Source: Azolla caroliniana
Taxonomy: Eukaryota > Plantae > Polypodiophyta
Assembly: GCA_043228905.1 (NCBI GenBank)
Contig: JBHGNT010000001.1
Span: 4,216,001 to 4,280,000 of the forward strand
DNA length: 64,000 bases
Direction of reading: 5' to 3'
In this document: one piece after another, positions 56,501 to 64,000 of the stretch
Layout of the letters: the number at the start of each line of letters is the position of its first letter
Numbering within the stretch: the stretch's first letter is position 1
The notes under the pieces: generated by a model
Seen by the model: the letters and a program-made list of their open reading frames with translations, nothing else
The model's database searches: none
What the model was told of the DNA's origin: nothing
Translations under genes and position numbers: made by a program

Positions 56501-58918
56501 TTTTGTTGTTGTAAGATTCGGTAGAATGATCCTCCATCAAACTCATAATATTCCTACAATAATTTAACATGAACCCCATGAGCACATGACTATTTGACAA
56601 CAGAAAGCTCAAAAAAGTGGCCTAAACAGAGAATTGAATACCTGGTCTTGTCCTTCAACAAGAGTGAGAAGTGGCTGCATTAGGTCAAGAGGACGGGGCC
56701 GCATTTGTCTTCCACCTGTGTCCATAGGGCTTGGTGCAACTAGGCAGTATTTGCTTCCAAAATCAGCATTCACATTTCCTTTCTGCATTTCCATCGTGCC
56801 TTCGATTACTTTCGATGCTACTGTCATGTGCACTGACTCAACATCATTTTCCTCTGATCTTAGTACATCATCACTAGCTCTATGCCCAAGCGTAATCTTG
56901 CTCTTACCCAATTTCAGCTCCACACCGTTTGCAAATATACATTCTGGACTGCAAATGCTTTTACTAAATTTGTTTTCATACCCATCATTTTGCTTATTCT
57001 TGTTCATTTTATTTTTTATATTTCGAGCCATGAAAATAGTTTCCTTCATTTTCTTCTGCCTCGTTGCTCCATCATTATCTTCTTTATCTAGCATTTCCCT
57101 TGGCTCCTCCAATTCGTTCATCATTCTCATCCTTTTCCTTCTTTTGAGTGATAAGGATGATGTCAATGAACCTTTCCATTTCCCTCCACCAGGAGGCCTA
57201 CCTCTCTTTCTTGGAATACTAGTTTGCATTAGCCTTGCCTTTCTGACACCAATTGCAGCATCATGTGATTCGACACTCTCCCCCATCATTAAGGAACTTT
57301 TCCGTCTCCCTCTACCTCCCCCAGGAGGCCTACCTACCGTTCTTCTAACCGTCATTGCCTCCTCCAACGATTCAGTTTCAACTGATTCATTGATACTATT
57401 TTTTCTCACATGTTTACTAAGTTTTCCTCCCATCACAAATTTCTTCAATTTCCCTCCAACTCTTGATATTCCTCCTCCACGAGGCCTACCTACCTTTCTT
57501 AGAATTCCCATGCTCTTTGCCATATCAACCGCATTACCATGTCTCTTTGATGCTTTCAAAACATGAGGTGATCCTGCCTCAGGATCTCCATCATCTGTTT
57601 TCAGTCTACCTCTCACTTTCCCTATAACTCTTGATAACCCTCCACGATGCCGACCTCTCTTTGATATGCTGTTTCTCACAGTAGAGATATCATTCTGATG
57701 TTGATCTGCATGTCCTATTCTATAACTAGGTCCTGCACCACGAGGTCTGCCTCTCTTTCGTACTATATTCACATCATTTTCTTTGAGCCGTATTTTGTTC
57801 TTTGCTCCTGGAGGTCTACCCCTCTTCCTACTAGCAGAAGGCAGGATATCCTCAGCATAATGCGGGCATTCCTCTCCTATATCACTCTGTTTCCCTTCAA
57901 CGACATTCATTTCTCCATTCACCAGTCCATTCATTCCCCGAGGAAATTCAAGGCTGTCTTTCTTTTGTGAAACCTCAGAAAGTTCATGATGTTGGCCAGA
58001 TTCTAATCCAGTATTTTCAGTGGATTTCATAATTGCATTATCTTTTGCTTCAATCAAAGATGCCCTTTCCTCATCAACTGCACATTCCTTTGCACTTGCT
58101 TTGCCCCTAGTTAGCACTCCAACTGGTCGAGGAAATATCTTTTCTTGCATGTGTTTAACAGTTAAATCTTGGCTCATATTCTCGTGTTTTGATTCTGAAT
58201 GCTCTCTTTGCACCAAATCAGGTGCATTGTTTTTGGTTTCTTGCAAGAGCCTGATCTTGACTAAATTAAGCCTGGTTAATCTGTGGTTTGATACTCCATT
58301 CTTAGGTGAAATGGAATGAGTTTCACTCTTTAAAGCAGAATTCTCTGTCATTAAAAACGACTTCTCACTAAGCCTAGGTTTTTTTGCAGATTTCTCATTG
58401 TTTTCTTCCTCTCTACTGCTGATTTCTCCTGCATTGATCGGTTCATACTTCTCACTTTTCGCGTTTAAATTCACGTTCTTGTTCTTGTTCAAAATCCTAC
58501 TTTTTTCCTTTTTGAGGGGCTTCAAGTTTAAGCTTTTAGGAGTCAAACAAGTTTCCAACCCATACATAGCCCTTGTAATTCTTCTCCCAACAGAATATAT
58601 CTCTTCTTTCGATCCCTTGGGAGTGGAGATACTACTAACAGCTGACCCATCTAGATTACTGCCTTTACTTATTAGGGTTTCTCTGCTACTACTTAGGGCT
58701 TCTTTGCTTTTACTGGTTATGGTTTCATTGCTTTTATCTATTGGAGTTTCTGTATTTTTACCAATGTTTTCTCTTCTTTTACTTGTTAGGGTTTCTTCAC
58801 TTGCAAGGGTTTCAGTGCTTTCACTTAGGGTTTCCGGAACAGAAATAGATACCTGAGAGCGAAGAACGACACGATGGATCTTCGGAGCCTCTGAGGGGAG
58901 CTCCCGACGAGGGCCCAT
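51235..58918 (-). CDS. AT-hook + EPL1 + PZP (PHD-Zn knuckle-PHD) chromatin protein, Nto1/Jade/BRPF-like; exons ~58918-56642, 56553-56302, 55584-55348, 55260-55118, 53068-52783, 52703-52611, 52523-52131, 52044-51952, 51843-51235
   Basis: Multiple (R/V)GRP AT-hook-like motifs. EPL1-type RPRPLD...YDMDEEDEEWL...ISTDQFERMIDLLE. PHD1 CCIC...C..C...VHQSCYG...WHCRKC. Zn-knuckle/PHD2 CALC..QGGALKP...WAHVVCAL...MEPIDG...CWLC...C....C...FHVSC...YCPTH. Then IYSYWISKR...GPLL and EREKLK. Confidence 0.88.
53640..54900 (-). mobile_element. Probable decayed L1-type non-LTR retroelement fragment in intron 4 of the PZP gene
   Basis: More GC-balanced 1.3-kb insert in an otherwise short-intron gene. The minus strand has IRNFIWRG (54811-54840, resembling the L1 ORF2 RNFLW motif) and broken Cys/His-rich frames; it ends near a (TG)n tract. 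Boundaries are approximate. Confidence 0.4.
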
Positions 58919-59264
58919 TTACTTTCAAGTTGCTTATTAAAAAGCAAGCTTTGCGGGAGCTTTTTGCGTTTGCGATGTAATCTCTGGGTCCTCCATAGCC
59001 AAACTGAAGAAACAGAGCCCTCGTTCTTGCCCGATAAAGCAGAGAAGGCCCAAATCTATGGTGCCTACGGTAGCAGAATCAGAGACAAGGCGGATGTTGT
59101 GTTGAGTATGTGTGCATAAATTTGAACTGGTCGTTTCTCTCTCTCTCTCTCTCTCTCTCTGTGTAGGACTGATCTGGTTTCTGTCTCTGCCCCTGCCTAC
59201 ATCCAACAGATGTTCCAAGTTCACATTCAGAGATATATACATATACTGTATACATATACATCTA

Positions 59265-59430
59265 ATAGGTACGTATACATATGTATGTATGTATGTATTG
59301 TACGTACCTAAATAGGTACGTACGTTTGTATGTATTGTACGTACCTAAATAGGTACGTATGTATGTATGTACACGTACGTATGTATGTATGTATTGTACG
59401 TACCTAAATAGGTACGTATGTATGTATGTA
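59265..59430. repeat. Array of three perfect palindromes TACGTACCTA-AA-TAGGTACGTA embedded in (TATG)n
   Basis: Copies at 59301-59322, 59338-59359 and 59397-59418, plus a half copy at ~59266. Confidence 0.9.
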
Positions 59431-60308
59431 TGTCGTTACTACCTTGACATTTGGCCTTCGTCCCCTCCCTCCCTACCCACACATTTTGAACCCATTTTGT
59501 GAGACGAGGATCCACCAATTGGACATTGATCCCTGTCTCAACGTCGCTACCTTTAATGTAAGTACATGCATGCAAGCTTTTACCGGTGCTCTTTCCTTGA
59601 TTGTTGTTATTTAGACTACGGGTGTCTAAAGGTTGACTGCTCATTGTTTGCCCCTTCTTATGCACACTTTTCATGTGTGATGCTAACTAACCATAATGCT
59701 CTCCAAATCATATTCACGTGGATCATTGATGAATATTCACAATTACACCGTAGATCTTGTTTCATGTGAAGTCAAGGGAAGGGGACTACAATTGTGGCAT
59801 AACATTGTTGTCCGTGAAGGTTGTCATTCTCTAAGCATTTCATCAATATAGTTGAAAGTAAACATGCCCTCACTTTTGCAAAGTATTTTGTTCATCATAT
59901 GTGATTTACGATGTTCCCATGCGCATTCTTAAAAGGTTGTATAGTCTTGACATTCGAAGAGTAGTTGTGGGTTTGGCATATGTTTGACATTAGGTGTGAG
60001 GGATGTACTTGTGTAAGCAACTACTATATCCTTCACATAACAAACTTCTTCTTTGGTCTAAATGTAACTATCGATTATTGCTTCTTAGAGGAAACATTGG
60101 AGCTACATCATGGGAATGATTTCATTACACCGTTGTTTCATTCTAGTTTGGATGATAAATTGAGTAACATTATCTCATTAAGGTCAGTGACAATAAGGCC
60201 TTTTGTGATGTTATGTGCATATGAAAGGTTGTTCGCTTGGGTACTGAAGACTCTCCCTTGTATATTATATTGCCAATATTTTGCTTCAATGACTGAACTC
60301 ATGATAAT

Positions 60309-60856
60309 TAACAATCAGCAACAATTCGGTTTGAATCAAACCGAAGCACAAAACTGTGGTGTAACAGTTAAAACAGTTCGGTTTCAATAGTAAAAAAATG
60401 CAATTGAACAGTTTTCTTTAATTAAAAAAAAATGTTTTTAAACAATCTTTTTATTTTTAGACCTTATTCTCAATTTTAGGAACATCTTTAAAATTTTAAT
60501 AATTTAAAATAATGAAACATTTTAAATTTTAACCTAAGTTGAAAGCTGAAATTGAACCATGAAACCACAGTTTTAATGATTTGAAAAAAAAAAATTTAAT
60601 TTAAAAAAATTGTTTTTAAACAATCTTTTCATTTTTAGACCTTATTCTCAATTTTAGGAACATCTTTAAAATTTTAAAATTTTAAAATAATAAAAAAAAA
60701 AATTACAATTTTTTAAATTTAACCTAAGTTGAAAACCGAAATTGAACCACGAAACCGCGGTTTTAACGATTTGAAATTTTTTTAACAGTTCAGTTTAACG
60801 GTTTCATGGTTCGGTTTTGACCCTCTCAAACCAAACAGAACCGTTGCCGATTGTTA
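60309..60856. mobile_element. Non-autonomous hAT-type MITE (548 bp), copy 2, with internal duplication
   Basis: TIRs TAACAATCAGCAACAATT / AACCGTTGCCGATTGTTA; perfect 8-bp TSD ATGATAAT (60301-60308 and 60857-60864); shares TTTTAAACAATCTTTT..TTTTA.ACCTTATTCTCA and GACCCTCTCAAACC with copy 1. Confidence 0.93.
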
Positions 60857-62019
60857 ATGATAATATCTTGCTATGCATAACAATTTGTGCAAAAGATATT
60901 GGATTTTATTTATTTCTGCTTTAAAATAATAAAAATAGCATGCATAGTTTTCCTTACGTAGCATTGAAATATGAGCAAGTCAACAAAACTTTCCAAATGG
61001 AGAACTATCTTTAAGAGTACTTCTGTCATTGAAGCAAACAAGAAAAGCAGACGACCATTTAAGTTGAAAATAAAATTTCACATCACAAACATTATTTATA
61101 TTAAAGCTCTCTGAAGTAACATTCATGTCACAAAGGTTATTTTAGCGCTAAATTGTTTGATGCTCTTGCAAATGACGATGCCAAAAGGATATCTCTTTAC
61201 ACAAATGTCACCCAAATGGAAAACATCCTCACTATAAAATGCAATCATGTACTACTATTATTCTGAAAGAATAATCAATGTAGACTGATCAGAAAACTGT
61301 AATATCCGGCCAATGATATATTTTTCATTACCATTAGATGCAAGTAGTCTTAGCAATACTTATTGTCAACTTCATTTGCCATGAGTTCCGATGAATGAGG
61401 CATCATGGGCCTTCATACGATCAAGGTTTGAAACATTATTGGGATCTGAAAACAGGTTAACTTTGAAGCACATGGTGACAAAAACTATAATAATGTCCGT
61501 TTCTCCTGTCCAATCCAGAGGCAACGAGGGCTCTTGTCATCACACCTACATCCACTAGAATATGATGTTCTAGATTTAAAGCTTCCATGCCACTGTCTGA
61601 ATGATGTATCATGCCTTTTCTTGTCCTGGGTACCCAGAGGATATAAACACTTTATTGATTTGTCCAAGATACCTCCCCTTGTCTCTATAACTCTGATTTA
61701 CTCTGATGTATCATTTACTTCTGTTCCAGATATGCATGTTTGTAGTTTATTTGTCTCATATACAAACAAACTTTGGGTGCATACGAAGGGATCATTAACT
61801 CTACACGTTTACAATTCCTACAGTTTAGCTTTTGCCTTATGTTCTAACCAAGCACACTTGTACATGATTTATCTCATAAGCTAGTTTACCTCATAACTGA
61901 TCATGTATATATTAAAATGGAGAGTCATCCAACATGTAGAATAAAAAAATCACTATTTCACAAAAATGGAATGAGTTAAGATTGCACAGATTTGAAGCTG
62001 GCTAGATACAATGTGTTGC

Positions 62020-63516
62020 TCAGTTTATGACCAACCTTTGAGCTTCAGGAGTATTATTGGTGGTTATAGGTGCTGATTGCCTTGCTTTGACTTTGCACCA
62101 CAATCCAGCCTTTGTGTGAAGAGTGGCTCCAGTAACAAGCTCTACTTCTTCTGGTGTCCCACGAAGCTCAAAGTTGAACTTTTGCAAAATCATTGCCAAT
62201 GCCACTGTAGACTCCATCAAAGCAAACTGATCTCCCACACATTTCCGAGGACCCCCGCCAAAGGGTAAAAAGGCAAAATCTGCCATCACCTATGAAAATC
62301 GAAATACCAAAACCAAGAGTTTGAACTCAGTTACCAATATTTTTACAGCATCTTTCTCTCTCACACACATTGCCATTTGAAGAGGCTTCATGACTTATAA
62401 AATGGTATTTAATGATGTTATGAAGAAATTATCCACATTGTTATTGAGATATAGTAATGCTTAAATATTTACTGATGTCAAGATGGAGAAAATATTATCA
62501 AACAGTACTAGTGGCATAATTTAACCTTTATAGGAAACCCATTAACATATCACATACCTCATTTGGATACAGGCTGCCTTGACCTCTGCTTGGATCGAAC
62601 CCCGCCCAGCCATTGATGTCTTTTCTTATATTTGCATTAAGAAACCTTTCTGGTTCAAACTTTTCTGGACTATCCCAGAAGTAAGGGGATCGATGCAGAT
62701 TATAAACCTGGAGAATAGAGAACAAGTTGTATAGTGAAACACTGAAGACTTTATTCAGCAATAAACGGTTGCCTTATTAACAATATATTTCTTCTCTTTA
62801 GAGCTAGAGGAAAAGGTAAGAATTGCACTTCTTATGTGTGAAATATTCAAGATGAACATTTTCAAAAAGTTTTTATAGTTGAAACTAGACCTTACCGATA
62901 TAAATATGTCCACACCTTGCGGTATATCATAACCATTCACATCACCATTAAATCCACCTGCAATCAATAAGGTTATGAGTTAAAGAGTAGTGATGCTGAA
63001 AATGTAACTACCCTACAATCTATTTGAAGAATACATAAGGCCTACTACTATTTGAGGCCTGAGCTTACCTAACTCAACCATGTAAGAGCAAGCAAAAACC
63101 AAGGTATTTCTACTTCGATTGAACATATATAATGACTGCACCAAGATTTAATAAATGAAATTCTACCAGTTTCACGACTTTAAAGTTTCATAACTCTCTA
63201 GAAATGAACAATGGCATGTATTCAATCACCAAATTGAAAGGAAAACTATTATATTACCTGGTAGACTATCAGGTTGTAAAGATCTCCTAATAAGCAATGG
63301 TGGTTGTGGATAAAGACGTAGGGACTCAGCAACAATAAGGCGTATATATCTGTTTACCAAATCGTGATGATGAATGAAAAATTATGAAAACTTTGAACCT
63401 CTTAAGAATCACAGATATTTTTATTACTGCAAGTTCTTGATATCAGCCAATACAGGTGTCCTTCCTTGTAGAACACGATCAATCTCTTCTTGAGCCTTCG
63501 CAATTTTTTCTGGGTT
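62020..63516 (-). CDS. CYP97B3: Cytochrome P450 CYP97B (carotenoid hydroxylase family), last five exons 63516-63428, 63349-63258, 62957-62896, 62707-62558, 62289-62020; 5' part outside window
   Basis: K-helix [21 protein letters not shown] motif FEPERF, CYP97B-type [16 protein letters not shown] insert, heme motif [21 protein letters not shown], and [10 protein letters not shown]. Confidence 0.92.
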
Positions 63517-63760
63517 CTACTCATGAAACAAAAATAATGACAAAAAGTAGACAAAATTAATTTACAGCATGGAGCAGACAGATAAATCTTTTGTACAATA
63601 ACATATGACTATGACTCTGTACAATTTATGACAGTCAAGGGAATGTGGATCTTCCCACCAGAAAGATATATTAACGTCTTGATTGTTCGTTGTTTATGAG
63701 CTTGTGTGGTTGGATTGTTATCCTTAGGCAACTTCTCCATATGCCTTTTGAGTTCTTGCA

Positions 63761-63915
63761 AAGCCTTGGTTAAAGAGGCAATGGTATTTCATTGGTCCTA
63801 TGTTCCAACACCTTTCATAGAAGCCTTGGTTAAAGAGGAAATAATATCCCCTTGGTCCTCATATTTCATTACCTTGTGTAGTGGGCAAAAGCCTTGATTA
63901 AAGAGGCAATGGTAT
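63761..63915. repeat. Degenerate tandem repeat (60-68 bp period) in CYP97B intron
   Basis: AAGCCTTG(G/A)TTAAAGAGG(C/A)AAT core at 63761, 63821 and 63889. Confidence 0.8.
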
Positions 63916-64000
63916 CTCCCTCTTATCTCATAGAAATTATTCCAATGGCAAATATGGTGTTCCTCAATTTTCACTCCTTGATCACACAATTGGGAAATTC

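Noticed and set aside
56634-58856. Long + strand hydrophobic ORFs (310, 152 and 99 aa)
   Set aside because: Antisense shadows of the Lys/Glu-rich first exon of the PZP gene.
63761-63915. CRISPR-like pattern: ~27-bp partly palindromic repeat x3 with 33-41-bp spacers
   Set aside because: The spacers resemble each other (TTGGTCCT...ACCTT...TAG), the repeats are degenerate, the site is in a plant intron and no cas genes are present. It is a decayed tandem repeat.

Overview
Eukaryotic land-plant nuclear DNA: AT-rich, GT-AG spliceosomal introns, many microsatellites and decayed TEs. The gene set suggests a non-seed plant such as a fern, but that is inference. I can support nine protein-coding genes: the 3' part of AP-3 complex subunit mu, a small Pro-rich single-pass membrane protein, a GC-rich intronless 648-aa orphan with a His-Gln repeat, an NSUN5/Rcm1-type rRNA m5C methyltransferase, a MAK/MHK-family kinase, a plastid (probably thylakoid-lumen) TPR protein of cyanobacterial type, a non-specific lipid transfer protein, a large AT-hook + EPL1 + PZP chromatin scaffold (Nto1/Jade/BRPF-like), and the 3' part of a CYP97B carotenoid-hydroxylase-family P450. 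Mobile elements with clear ends are two copies of one hAT-type MITE with 8-bp TSDs and a 5'-truncated L1 with a 17-bp TSD. The most interesting points are the Nto1/BRPF-like scaffold architecture, the orphan gene with a SOSEKI-like motif order but no DIX domain, the Tat-type TPR protein, a probable U12 intron in NSUN5, a DFGLP substitution in the kinase, and dense motif arrays upstream of two genes. No rRNA, tRNA or CRISPR array was found. All exon models were read by eye and need transcript confirmation.
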